Shown: piece after piece, positions 9,567-19,505 of the stretch | Layout: every line of letters begins with the position of its first letter | How positions within the stretch are numbered: position 1 is the first letter of the stretch | From: Planctomycetota bacterium | GTDB lineage: Bacteria > Planctomycetota > UBA8108 > SXIK01 | Direction of reading: 5' to 3' | Assembly: GCA_965223845.1 (NCBI GenBank) | Contig: CBDCXR010000004.1 | Span: 6,304,001-6,368,000 of the forward strand | DNA length: 64,000 nt | Translations under genes and position numbers: made by a program | The notes under the pieces: generated by a model | The model's input: only the letters and a program-made list of their open reading frames with translations | The model's database searches: none | Told to the model about the DNA's origin: nothing

Positions 9567-10715
9567 CTAAGACTCAAGCGCAACCTCGCTCCAATCGACC
9601 ACGCGCCCTTCGTGGATCGCCGTGCGGCCGAGGATCGCCATCAGCGTCGCGTGCCGCCCCGCTTCAACGTCGCAAAGCGGCGTCTTGTCCTCGCGGATCG
9701 ACTTCGCGAAGTGCTGAATCGCCGCTGCGGTCGCGTCTCCCCACGGCTCGAGCTTCGTCTCGGTCTTCTTGTCGTTCTCAGTGACGAAGAGCTTCGTCGT
9801 GCCTTCGAGCGACGCCGCCCGGCGTCCGCTCCCGATGAACGTGAAGTCGAGCCCGCCGAAGCCGTTCGGCGTGTAGACGCAGTGGCTGTAGCGAAGCGAC
9901 ATGTTCCCGGGGAAATCGTAGGACACGGTGTAGTGATCCATGATCGACCGATTCGCCGGGATTCCCCGGAGCTCGTTGATTCCGCCGAAGCCGGCTGCGC
10001 GGAGCGGGTGCGAGCCGAGCACCCAGCAGAAGATGTTCATCTCGTGCACCGCCTGCTCGACGATGAGATCGCCGGAAAGGTTGCGATCGATGTACCAGCC
10101 GGATGTCGGGTAACCGCCGACGTGCCGCTGTGCCTGGACGAAGTTTACCTTCCCGATCGCACCGCTCTGGAGGGTCTTCGCGAGGCCGAGGAAGCCGCCT
10201 TGATAGCGCCACTGGAAACCGACTTGGAACTTCCCGGGTGACTTCTTCACGGCTTCGTACACGTCGCGCACTTCTTCCGGCGTGCGTCCGAGCGGCTTTT
10301 CGCAGTAGACGTGCTTTCCGGACTCCGCCGCGGCGACTGCGTGCTCGCGCCGGAGGTAGATCGGCGTTGCGATGACGACGACGTCGACATCCTTTCGGTC
10401 GAGGAGCTCGCGGTAGTCGTAGATGCCGACCGGATTCATCCCGCCGCAGCGCTGGACCGCCGCGTCGCGCCGGCCGCGGTGGATGTCGCAGATCGCGTTC
10501 ACCTTGAGCGTCGAGACGGAGACGCTTTCGAGCGCGCGCCCGAGGAGACTCGAGCCGCGACCGCCGACGCCGATCCAGCCCATGCGGAGGAACTCGTTCG
10601 CGCCGGCGATGTTCCCGAGCGAGGCCGCGGGAAGACCGGCGGCGATCGGCGCTCCGGCGGCGAACGAAGCGGTCTTCATGAAGCGGCGGCGAGAGAGCGG
10701 TTTTTTCTCGGGCAT
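9567..10715 (-). CDS. Gfo/Idh/MocA family oxidoreductase, Tat-exported
   Basis: SRRRFMK Tat motif, GWIGVGGRG and HVYCEKP. A GAGGT RBS precedes the ATG at 10715. Confidence 0.92.
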   Translation of the reverse strand: MPEKKPLSRRRFMKTASFAAGAPIAAGLPAASLGNIAGANEFLRMGWIGVGGRGSSLLGRALESVSVSTLKVNAICDIHRGRRDAAVQRCGGMNPVGIYDYRELLDRKDVDVVVIATPIYLRREHAVAAAESGKHVYCEKPLGRTPEEVRDVYEAVKKSPGKFQVGFQWRYQGGFLGLAKTLQSGAIGKVNFVQAQRHVGGYPTSGWYIDRNLSGDLIVEQAVHEMNIFCWVLGSHPLRAAGFGGINELRGIPANRSIMDHYTVSYDFPGNMSLRYSHCVYTPNGFGGLDFTFIGSGRRAASLEGTTKLFVTENDKKTETKLEPWGDATAAAIQHFAKSIREDKTPLCDVEAGRHATLMAILGRTAIHEGRVVDWSEVALES

Positions 10716-10854
10716 CGGTGTATACCTCGCGGGTGTGGATCTCAGTGCTCGCCCGTGCGGGGCGGAGCGGCGCCCCGTCAGCATCGCCGGGACGATTTCC
10801 CGGTGCAAGGCCGGCGGCGCTGATTCTCGCGGGCGTGCGCGGAGGATGTTCGTG

Positions 10855-11124
10855 ATGCCGGAGAAAGAGATCGTGGAGACGCCGCGAGTTCTTCTCTTCT
10901 ACACGAAGCCGGGATGCGGGCTCTGCGTCGAGGCGTTTCCGAAGGTCGAGCGCGTCGCGGCGCGCTACGGTTTCTCCGTTCGCCGGATCGACATCGAGAG
11001 CGATCCGGATCTCTTCGCGCGCCACCGCTACCGCATCCCCGTCGTCGAGTGGGACGGGTCGGAGCTCGGCTGGGGGCGGATCAGCGAGCGGGCGCTCGAA
11101 CGGGATCTCCGCGCTCGACTCTGA
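10855..11124 (+). CDS. Glutaredoxin-like protein (DUF836-type)
   Basis: YTKPGCGLC, IDIESDPDL and YRIPV. GGAGG lies 9 nt upstream of the ATG at 10855. Confidence 0.85.
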   Translation: MPEKEIVETPRVLLFYTKPGCGLCVEAFPKVERVAARYGFSVRRIDIESDPDLFARHRYRIPVVEWDGSELGWGRISERALERDLRARL

Positions 11125-11150
11125 TCCTCGATGCCGCGATCGTCCCGTTG

Positions 11151-12089
11151 CTAGCGGCGGGCGAGAAACCACTCCGCCGTGCGGCGGAGACCGTCCGAGA
11201 GCGTCGTCTCGGGCTCGTAGCGAAGACGTTCGCGCGCTTCGTCGATGACCGCGAGAGAGTGGCGAACGTCGCCCGCGCGCGCTGGGCCGACGGTGGGGGG
11301 TACGGGCGTCCCTCCGATCGCGCGCGAGATCGCGCGGTGAAGCTCGTTGATCGACGTCGCGCGACCGCTGCCGATGTTGTACGTGCGGCCGTACGCGCTC
11401 TTGTTCGCGCTGAGGGCGAGAAAGTTCGCCGCGACGACGTCGTCGATGAAGACGAAGTCGCGCGTTTGCTCGCCGTCCCCGTCGATGGTCGCGCTCGCGC
11501 CGCTCGCCGCGGCTTCGAGCCACTTCGGGATCACCGCGGCGTACGGCGAATCGGCTCCCTGACCGGGTCCGTAGACGTTGAAGTAGCGGAGCGCCAGCGT
11601 TCGCATCCCGCTCGGATCGTCGAACGCGAGCGCGTAGAGCTCACCGGCGAGCTTGCTCACCGCGTAGAGAGACGCCGGTTCGGCGGGCGCGCTCTCACGC
11701 TGGGGCGGCGGGTGGGCGTCGCCGTAGACGGAGCAGCTCGACGCGAAGACGACGCGACGAACTCCGGCTTCGCGCGCGACCGTGAGAAGCTGAACCGTCG
11801 CCGTGACGTTGCTCGCTTGCGCGGCGAGCGGGTCATCCGCGCACGCGGTGACCGATGCCTCCGCGGCATGGTGAAGGATCGCGTCGACGCCTCGGCAGGC
11901 GCGCTCGCAGGCCGCGCGGTCGAGGAGGTCGGCCTCGACCCACTCGACCGCGTCGGCGAGGGCATCGGGCACGCCCGCGGGGCGTCCCGGTCGGCGGTCG
12001 ATCGACCGCACCGCGACTCCGTCGCGGGCGGCGCGGCACGCGAGGGACGATCCGATAAACCCGGCTCCGCCGGTGATCAGCAGCTTCAC
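11151..12089 (-). CDS. NAD-dependent nucleotide-sugar epimerase/dehydratase (GalE/WbpP-like)
   Basis: TGGAGFIGS, SSCSVYG, YAVSK, LRYFNVYGPGQ and GDGEQTRDF. Confidence 0.92.
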   Translation of the reverse strand: MKLLITGGAGFIGSSLACRAARDGVAVRSIDRRPGRPAGVPDALADAVEWVEADLLDRAACERACRGVDAILHHAAEASVTACADDPLAAQASNVTATVQLLTVAREAGVRRVVFASSCSVYGDAHPPPQRESAPAEPASLYAVSKLAGELYALAFDDPSGMRTLALRYFNVYGPGQGADSPYAAVIPKWLEAAASGASATIDGDGEQTRDFVFIDDVVAANFLALSANKSAYGRTYNIGSGRATSINELHRAISRAIGGTPVPPTVGPARAGDVRHSLAVIDEARERLRYEPETTLSDGLRRTAEWFLARR

Positions 12090-12535
12090 GAGTCGAGCCG
12101 ATTCGTACGGGTCACTCCAAACACCTCACTTACAGGACGCCCTCCGTAGGCGTCGGGATCTTTCCGACTTGACCCTTCACGCACAGAGCACCTATCTTTG
12201 ATCCTGCTGATAGGGTTACGAGGACCGAATCGGCGCTGTCAACACGCGGGCCAAGGCGACGCCGAGCAGACTGGCTGGGTGGATGTCTAGCCCGGCTAGG
12301 GGCAGTCCTCAGTTGCCTCGCGACGAGGGAGTCGCTCGCCGACGATCTCGCGTGATTACGTAACTTGTCGATCTTCGTTTGAGTCCTTCTGAGGAAGTCG
12401 GCTCCCGATCGGGGACCGTCGTCCCCGACGGGCACAGATTCGCTTGATCCCTACGCTACGACACTCCTCGAAGTAAACACGGGGAATGCCGCGCGAGGAA
12501 GAGGCGACGAAGAATCGACGCGCTCGGCAGACGAA

Positions 12536-13915
12536 ATGCTTTTACTCCTACGCGATCGAATTACGAAGAGGATGCTCGGCACGTTCGTGTTCGAGGTGAG
12601 CACGCTCGTGCTCGTCTTCGCCGCGGTCGCGCTCCTCCGCGTCCTCGCGTGGGGATCGACGGCCCCGCTGGGCTGGGTCGTTCTCTTCGGCGTGTCGGGC
12701 GCGAGCGTCGTCGCGCTTTGTCTCGGCGCATTCGGATCGTACAGCCGGGAGATCATCTATTCGCGCCAGCGTGTCACCTCGCGATTGGCCGCGGGATTTC
12801 TCCTCGCGGCGCCGGCGATCCTCGGCGTGTGCTGGGCCTTCAGCTTCGTCGACGTCGTGTTCACGCTCACGCCGAAGTTCTTCGGGATCCTCTACCTCGG
12901 CGTCCTCGCCGTCGTCGTCGCCGAGCGGGCGATGGTGTTCAAGCTGTTCGATCCGCTCCACTCGTTCGGAAACATCCTCATTCTCGGGACGGATCCGAGC
13001 GTCGCGCGCACGATCCGCGAAGCTCGGAAGCGCTACGGCGCGAAGTTTCGCGTGGTCGGAGTCCTCAGTCCCGACGCGCGAGTCGGCGAACACTTCGAGG
13101 GAGTTCCGGTCGCCGGGTCGATCGAGGATCTCCCCGCGGTGTGCAAATCGCACGAGATCGATACCGTTCTCATCGGCCTTCCCTATTACGATCCGCGTCT
13201 CAGCGTCGACGCGATCTTCGATTGCCGGGTTCACGGTGCGCTCGTCCTCGATATCGGGAGCTTCTACGAGGCGATCTGCCAGAAGGTCCTTCTCGAGCGC
13301 GTCGATCCGCGGGCCGTCCTCTCGCCGTACTATTACCCGGTGGGGCGCGTGCGGTGGTGGATCAAGGAGGCGATCGAGCGTGTGGTCGCGGGCATCGGTG
13401 TCGGGGTGGCCGCGGCTCCGGTGGTCGTCGCGGCGGTGTGGATCCGCGTGTCGACGCGCGGCTCTGCGTTCGTCCGAGACGAGCGGGTCGGGAAGAACGG
13501 TCGAACGATCGTCCTTCGACGCCTGCGCACCTACCGAGAGACCGCGAACGGCGAGGCGCGCCCGACGAGGTTTGGACGTGTTCTCCGCCGCGGCCGCTTC
13601 GACTCGCTCCCTCTTCTGATCTCGGTCGTGAAGGGCGACCTCGCGCTCGTCGGCCCGTCGGCCGAACGCCCCGAATTCGCGAGCGAGCTGCGCGAGCGCG
13701 TTCCCCTCTACGATCAGCGCGACGTCGTGAAGCCGGGCCTCGTCGGCTGGTCGCAGCTTCGCTTCCCTTACGCCGCGAGCGTCGACGACGCGCGCGAGAA
13801 GCTGCGCCACGATCTCTTCTACGTGAAGAACATGTCGCTCGTGCTCGACCTGCAGATCCTCACGGCCTCGCTCGGCTCGGTCGTGACGGGTCGGACCTTC
13901 GTCTCGCGCTGGTAA
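12536..13915 (+). CDS. EPS priming polyprenyl glycosylphosphotransferase homologue (N-terminal TMs, CoA-binding-like domain, bacterial sugar transferase domain) with degenerate catalytic motifs
   Basis: Four N-terminal TMs, ILILGT, ERVGKNGR, GDLALVGP, VKPGLVGWSQL and DLFYVKNMSLVLDLQIL. Confidence 0.85.
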   Translation: MLLLLRDRITKRMLGTFVFEVSTLVLVFAAVALLRVLAWGSTAPLGWVVLFGVSGASVVALCLGAFGSYSREIIYSRQRVTSRLAAGFLLAAPAILGVCWAFSFVDVVFTLTPKFFGILYLGVLAVVVAERAMVFKLFDPLHSFGNILILGTDPSVARTIREARKRYGAKFRVVGVLSPDARVGEHFEGVPVAGSIEDLPAVCKSHEIDTVLIGLPYYDPRLSVDAIFDCRVHGALVLDIGSFYEAICQKVLLERVDPRAVLSPYYYPVGRVRWWIKEAIERVVAGIGVGVAAAPVVVAAVWIRVSTRGSAFVRDERVGKNGRTIVLRRLRTYRETANGEARPTRFGRVLRRGRFDSLPLLISVVKGDLALVGPSAERPEFASELRERVPLYDQRDVVKPGLVGWSQLRFPYAASVDDAREKLRHDLFYVKNMSLVLDLQILTASLGSVVTGRTFVSRW

Positions 13916-13928
13916 GGATCCGGCCGGA

Positions 13929-14648
13929 TCAGAGCAGCAGCGCCGAGCTCGATCCCGCGACCTGGAAGACCGGGATCAGCGGTCCGAAGACGTACTCGCG
14001 GATGTAGTGGATCAAGCCCGCTAGCGCCGTGCGGCCGAGCACGATCTGGTCGCCGGGAAGGAGGAGCAGCTCTTCGCTTTCGTCGTTGAGGTCGATGCGA
14101 AAGAGCGCGGGATTGAGTGGATTTCCGAAGGGACGCCGAAGGAGCGCCCAGTCGGTGTCTCCGGTGATCCTGAGTCCGCCGACGTGCGAGATCGCTTCGT
14201 GAAGCGTGAGCTTCGCACTCGTGAGCGGCACGATTCCCGGCCGCGCGAACTCACCGACCATGTAGATGGACTCCTCGCGCGGTATGACCTGGATCCGTAC
14301 GTCGTTGTCCGTATCGAACGTCGGCCAGCGCTGCACCATGCGCGCGCGGAGCTCCTTTTCGAGCTCGTCGATCGACTTCCCCGCGAGCTCGACATCGTGC
14401 ATGTAGAAGAGATCGCTCCGGCCGTCCGGAAGAACGAGCGAAGTCGGCTGGTTGTAGGAGTCTTCGACGTGTTGATAGAGCTGGATCGAGATCGAGTCGC
14501 CTTCCTTGAGCTGGTAGCGAGAGTGTCGCTGCCGGAGGACGTCGCGGTACATGTCGTTGATCTCCGACGGTGAGATCACCTTGCAGGACGTTCCGAGCGC
14601 GCTCGTGGCGAGGAGGATGGCGGTCGTGAGGGCGTTGCGTGCGGTCAT
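13929..14648 (-). CDS. Polysaccharide export lipoprotein (Wza-like Poly_export + SLBB)
   Basis: Lipobox-like LGTSC, YQLKEGDSISI, VLPDGR, GEFARPG, LHEAISHVGG and LLPGDQIV. Confidence 0.85.
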   Translation of the reverse strand: MTARNALTTAILLATSALGTSCKVISPSEINDMYRDVLRQRHSRYQLKEGDSISIQLYQHVEDSYNQPTSLVLPDGRSDLFYMHDVELAGKSIDELEKELRARMVQRWPTFDTDNDVRIQVIPREESIYMVGEFARPGIVPLTSAKLTLHEAISHVGGLRITGDTDWALLRRPFGNPLNPALFRIDLNDESEELLLLPGDQIVLGRTALAGLIHYIREYVFGPLIPVFQVAGSSSALLL

Positions 14649-14925
14649 GGATTCCTGCGGGCTCTGGGGCCGACGTCGGGCCGCGGGCTGCGGTGAGTGC
14701 GACGGTCTTTCCGGTTTGATTCTCTTCCGTCATATCGGGCGGTGCTCGAGGGAGCTTTACCGGCGCGCGCGTCTCCGCGGCGACGTTCCGAAAACCCACG
14801 GGCGCGAGCGCGGCCCGCCCGCGGGCCCGCCGCCAGTTCGCCGCGATTGACAGCCCGCTCCGGCTCTCTCATGATGTCGCGTCGCTCGGGCCCGCCCCGC
14901 TCCCTCCCCCGATTCGAGGTCTTCC

Positions 14926-15159
14926 TTGAAAACCGTCATCGTCTGCGGCCTGATCGCGCTCGCCGTCGTGCACCAGGACTTCTGGTGGTGGGACGATCCG
15001 ACCCCCGTGTTCGGGTTCATTCCCGTCGGACTCGCCTGGCACATCCTCATTTCGATTCTCGCGACGGTGCTCTGGTGGCTCGCGACGAAGCATTGCTGGC
15101 CGGAGCACCTCGAGGAAGAGAGCGAGCCCGCCTCCGACGCCGGGACAGGAGCGCGCTGA
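14926..15159 (+). CDS. Small membrane protein (DUF3311-like) coupled to the symporter
   Basis: HQDFWWWDD and FGFIPVGLAWH. GAGGT RBS with TTG start, directly upstream of the SSS gene. Confidence 0.8.
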   Translation: MKTVIVCGLIALAVVHQDFWWWDDPTPVFGFIPVGLAWHILISILATVLWWLATKHCWPEHLEEESEPASDAGTGAR

Positions 15160-15160
15160 C

Positions 15161-16621
15161 ATGACGCTGACGATCATCTTGATCTACCTCGCGCTGCTCG
15201 TCGGTCTCGGCCTCTTCAGCACGAGGTTTCTCCGCTCGACGGGCGGCGACTATTTTCTCGCGAGCCGCGGCATCGGTCCGTTCATGCTGCTCATGTCGCT
15301 CTTCGGGACGACGATGACCGCATTCGCGCTCACGGGAAGCTCGGGGCGTACGTTCAAGGCCGGCGTCGGGGTCTACGGCCTCATGGCGTCCTGGTCGGGG
15401 ATCGTCCATCCGCTCGTCTTCTTCCTCGTCGGGGCGAAGGTGTGGCAGCTCGGCAAGCGCCACGGCTACTTGACGCAGCTCTCATTTTTTCGCGATCGCT
15501 ACCAGTCGCACGCCGTTCCGCTGCTTCTCTTCCCGCTCATGGTCGGGTTCGTGATGGTCTACATCCTCACGGGCGCGATCGGCGCGGGGCGGACACTCGA
15601 GACCCTCGCCGACGTCCCCTACCCCGCGGGCGTCGCGCTCATCTGCGGCATCGTGCTCGTCTACGTTTTCTTCGGCGGCATGCGCGCGACCGCGTGGGCG
15701 AACACCGCGCAGACGCTCGTCTTCATGGTCATGGGTGGGATCGCGTTCCTCGTGATCATGAACGATCTCGGCGGGCCGGCCGCAGCGACTCAGCGCGTCC
15801 TCGATCACGCAGACGAGGCGGTACGCCGGCGGGCGGTGCGCGAAGGGAGCATCGAGACGCTCGGGTTCCTCACCTACTGCTTCATCCCGCTCTCGGTGGG
15901 AATGTTCCCGCACCTCTTCCAGCACTGGCTCACGGCGCGGAAGGCGAGCAACTTCAAGGTGACGGTCGCTGCGTTCCCGGTGTGCATCATGGTGACGTGG
16001 GTGCCCTGCGTGCTCATCGGGTTCTGGGCGGCGGGCGAGCTCGACCTCGGAACCTCGGCGAACAGCGTCCTCCCGATGATGGTCGCGAACCATGCGAACG
16101 AGGTGCTCGCGGGTCTCATCGGAGCCGGCATTCTCGCCGCGATGATGTCGAGCATGGACTCCCAGTTCCTCTGTCTCGGGAGCATGTTCACGAACGACAT
16201 CTATCGGCCGTACTGCACCAAGGGGGAGGTGTCCGAGAGGAAGGTCGTCTGGACGGGACGGATCTTCGTCGTCTCGATCGTCGGTGCGACGTACGTGATC
16301 GCGCTCACTCTCGCGCAGAACCGCGGCATCTTCGGGCTCGGCGTGTGGTGCTTCACCGGCTTTTCGAGTCTCTTTCCAATCCTCCTCGGCGCCCTCTACT
16401 GGAAGCGGAGCACCAAGTACGGCGCGATGGCGGCGATCCTGACCGTGGCGGTGCTTTGGTTCTGGTTCCTCGATCGCGCGACCGCGGGCGGCGAGTTCCT
16501 GCTCGGGCACGTCATGCCGGTGACGTGGGTGCTCCTCGCATCGACCGCGGCGTTCGTGATCGTGAGTCTCGTCACGCCGGCACCGAATCGGGAGCACCTG
16601 GAGAAGTTTTTCGCTCGTTGA
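15161..16621 (+). CDS. Sodium:solute symporter family protein
   Basis: DYFLASRGIG, GGMRATAWANTAQ, AAMMSSMDSQ and LYWKRSTKYGA, with about 13 TMs. Confidence 0.93.
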   Translation: MTLTIILIYLALLVGLGLFSTRFLRSTGGDYFLASRGIGPFMLLMSLFGTTMTAFALTGSSGRTFKAGVGVYGLMASWSGIVHPLVFFLVGAKVWQLGKRHGYLTQLSFFRDRYQSHAVPLLLFPLMVGFVMVYILTGAIGAGRTLETLADVPYPAGVALICGIVLVYVFFGGMRATAWANTAQTLVFMVMGGIAFLVIMNDLGGPAAATQRVLDHADEAVRRRAVREGSIETLGFLTYCFIPLSVGMFPHLFQHWLTARKASNFKVTVAAFPVCIMVTWVPCVLIGFWAAGELDLGTSANSVLPMMVANHANEVLAGLIGAGILAAMMSSMDSQFLCLGSMFTNDIYRPYCTKGEVSERKVVWTGRIFVVSIVGATYVIALTLAQNRGIFGLGVWCFTGFSSLFPILLGALYWKRSTKYGAMAAILTVAVLWFWFLDRATAGGEFLLGHVMPVTWVLLASTAAFVIVSLVTPAPNREHLEKFFAR

Positions 16622-16841
16622 CGCCGGCGGAGCTCTTCTCTTCCCGTACGTTCCCGTTCCCGACAAACTCTCTCTTCTCTTCTCACCCCGCCGCATACCC
16701 GAAAGATCCATCGCGGCCCCCCGTCGCATTGGCGCGATACCGCGCCGCTCCGTTGCCGCTCGCGGGCCGAGCCTGCTCAAGTCTTCCCGCCGCCGATTCG
16801 AGTACGGGAACGGGCTGAACACGCCCGCGGCGCATCGAACC

Positions 16842-18689
16842 TCACTCGTTCTCGACGCGCGTTAGGCTCGTATCGCGGTACGAACTGAGAAGATCACTCT
16901 TCGAAACCGATCCCACGAGCTTTCGCGACGTGGCGTCCTCGAGAACCGGCAGCCTCTCCGCCGAGCTCCCGGCGAGGAGATCGACGGCCGAGGAGATCGA
17001 GTCGCCGGCGTACACGACGGGGAAGTGGGGATTCATGATGTCCGCGGCGATCACGGTCTCGAGGTGCTCCGACTCGCGGATGAACGCCTTGATCTCGTGA
17101 AGCGAAACCGCGCCGAGGAATCGATCCTCCGCGTCGACGACGTAGAGGCGATCGTGCTCCTTCGGTGTGCGGAGGAACGTGTCGACGACCGTCTCGAACG
17201 GCGCGGCGGCGGCGACGCGGTCGACATCCTTCCGCAGAAAATCGGTGATCGGCGGCTCCTTGAACCAGATCGGCGAGGAGATGTGGGGGAGGTGAATTCC
17301 GCGCCGGCGGAGCGGCTCGGTGAAGAGTGACGTCCGCACGATGAGGCGGCTGATCACTGCGCTCGCGATGCACGCCGTCATGAGGGGCAGGATGATCGAG
17401 TAGCTTCGCGTCATCTCGAAGATCATGAGGATCGAAGTGATCGGTGCCTGCATCGTCCCGGCGATCATCGCACCCATGGCGACGAGGGCGTAGCCTTCCG
17501 CCGGCGCCGTTTGCTCGGGAAGCCACGCGTGAAGCACCGCGCCGAACGTGACGCCGAGCAGCGCTCCGACAAAGAGCGACGGCGTGAAGAGACCGCCGGG
17601 GATGCGGGCGGCGCGGCAGAGTGCGGTGAGGCCGAGCTTGAGGACGAGAATGAGGAGCAGGGTGCGCGCGAGCGGCCAGGTGAGCGAATCCCCGACGAAT
17701 CGTCCCGCGAGCACTTCGTTCACCGTGTCGTAGCCGTTTCCGATCAGCTCCCGAAAGAGGTCGGGGGCGAACAGGCCGACGAAGCCGAGCACCGTCATCG
17801 CGACGATCGCGCGGGATGTTCCCAGCGGGCGAAGCCAGCGGAAGAGATCGTCGAGCCCGGAGAAGACGCGGATCATCGCCGCCGAGACCGCGCCGAGCAC
17901 GGCGCCGAGGAGGAGGTAGAGCGGGATCTCCCACTCGCTTACGAGGGTGTAGGTCTCGAGGAGCGGGGCCGGGATCGTGTACGCCGTCGCGCCGCCGAGG
18001 AGCGCGCGGGCGATCGCCGTCGAGATCACGGCGCAGATGATGATCGGTCCGAAGAGATCGAGGGCGAGTGTTCCGAGGAGGACCTCCATCGCGAAGACGC
18101 TCGCGCCGATCGGGACGTTGTAGGACGCCGCCATCCCGCCCGCCGCGCCGCACGCGAGCAGCGCCTTTACGTGGTGGTCGCGCAGGCGGAACGTCCGTCC
18201 GAACCACGACCCGCACGCCGCGCCGGATCCGATGAGCGCACCCTCCCGTCCGAGCGACGCGCCCGCGCCGACGGCGGCGATCGAGACGATGCCGGTCGCA
18301 ACCGTGGAGAGGAGCGGGATGCGCCCGGCACCGACGGCGAGCGCCTCGATCAGCCCCGAGGTTCCCTCGCGCGGTGGGCTGCGCTCGCGGCGTCGAATGA
18401 GAAAGAGAGCGAGCGCGATGAGTCCCCCGGCGACGGTCGGGACGAGGAACCTCTTCGCAGCGGACGCGCTGCCCGCCGCGCTTCGCACGTCGCTCGAAAC
18501 TCCCCACGCGAGGAGCTCGATCCAGTTGAGGAGATGGACGAGCAGCACCGCGAGGAGCCCGGACGCGACGCCCGTGACGGGGACGAGAAGCCAGTAGCGC
18601 TTTTCTTCGGGAAGGAGTCCGCGGAGCCGCGACGCGAGGATGCGGTCGACGGCGCGGACGATCGAACTCGAAAGCTCGCGGGCGTTCAT
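16842..18689 (-). CDS. ClC family chloride channel/transporter with C-terminal CBS pair
   Basis: SLGREGA, ACGAAGGMAASYNVPIG, GGLFTPSLF and FEMTRSY, followed by two CBS domains. Confidence 0.92.
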   Translation of the reverse strand: MNARELSSSIVRAVDRILASRLRGLLPEEKRYWLLVPVTGVASGLLAVLLVHLLNWIELLAWGVSSDVRSAAGSASAAKRFLVPTVAGGLIALALFLIRRRERSPPREGTSGLIEALAVGAGRIPLLSTVATGIVSIAAVGAGASLGREGALIGSGAACGSWFGRTFRLRDHHVKALLACGAAGGMAASYNVPIGASVFAMEVLLGTLALDLFGPIIICAVISTAIARALLGGATAYTIPAPLLETYTLVSEWEIPLYLLLGAVLGAVSAAMIRVFSGLDDLFRWLRPLGTSRAIVAMTVLGFVGLFAPDLFRELIGNGYDTVNEVLAGRFVGDSLTWPLARTLLLILVLKLGLTALCRAARIPGGLFTPSLFVGALLGVTFGAVLHAWLPEQTAPAEGYALVAMGAMIAGTMQAPITSILMIFEMTRSYSIILPLMTACIASAVISRLIVRTSLFTEPLRRRGIHLPHISSPIWFKEPPITDFLRKDVDRVAAAAPFETVVDTFLRTPKEHDRLYVVDAEDRFLGAVSLHEIKAFIRESEHLETVIAADIMNPHFPVVYAGDSISSAVDLLAGSSAERLPVLEDATSRKLVGSVSKSDLLSSYRDTSLTRVENE

Positions 18690-19005
18690 CGGAGACTCGG
18701 TTCCCTCGAAGGGCTCTCCCGCAAGACTCCGCAGAGTCTATCGCGACGCGGTAGGACGAACACTGCGCGGTGAGGCGTCTCGTCGCTTTGCTGACCGAAC
18801 CTGCTGAGACCGCGGGCGATCCTCGCTCGGTGATCGCGATGCGCTCGCAGGCTCGCACGATTCCACGCGCACCGGTCGCGGTCGAGTGACGGCGCTTGCG
18901 GCTCGAGCCGATTCTGACATCGACCAGCGGCCATCGAGACTTGAGGCGCCGAACGTACGATCGAGCTGGAGGGGCTTGCCTCGGCGATGATGCGAACCGG
19001 TCTCC

Positions 19006-19215
19006 TCAAACGCGATGCTCGGCTCGGTGGGCCTGCAGCCCCTCGAGGTGCTTCTCGATGAGCTCCGGCCGGTGCTTCTTGAGCGCGCGCTCGATCTCGT
19101 AGCCGTCGATGCTGCGCTCACCTTCCTTGATGCGCGCCGCGGCCGCTTGGATCCGGGAGGCCGCGTCCTGGAGATCGCGCCAGCCAGCCTCGGCTTCGTC
19201 GTACGGGTTGTCCAT
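19006..19215 (-). CDS. Small hypothetical protein (69 aa)
   Basis: Helical, genome-typical codon usage, and it fills the intergenic gap. Confidence 0.55.
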   Translation of the reverse strand: MDNPYDEAEAGWRDLQDAASRIQAAAARIKEGERSIDGYEIERALKKHRPELIEKHLEGLQAHRAEHRV

Positions 19216-19505
19216 CGCTGGTCTCGGTCGATTTGGTCGGAATGGGGTCTGGCCGGCCGGAATCTCGGCCGGCCTTCGACAGGATTCTCAATCTCGCTTC
19301 AGTTTCGCCGAAGCGGCGGGCGAGTCAAACGGGGAGCGACCACGCCGACCGTGCGCGGTGGCGACTGGCGAAGCCACCCGCGATCCGGGAGAATCGAAAG
19401 GACGGCCTCGGCGCGCTGGATGCGGGCCGCGGGATCCGTCATCTCTCGGGGAGGCCCGTGCTCCGGCCCTCCCGGCGGACCAAGGCAACCGTAGGTGATC
19501 TGGCG

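Noticed and set aside
18690-19005. Fluoride riboswitch upstream of the ClC gene
   Set aside because: I could not find the conserved crcB-motif core. Only generic hairpins are present.
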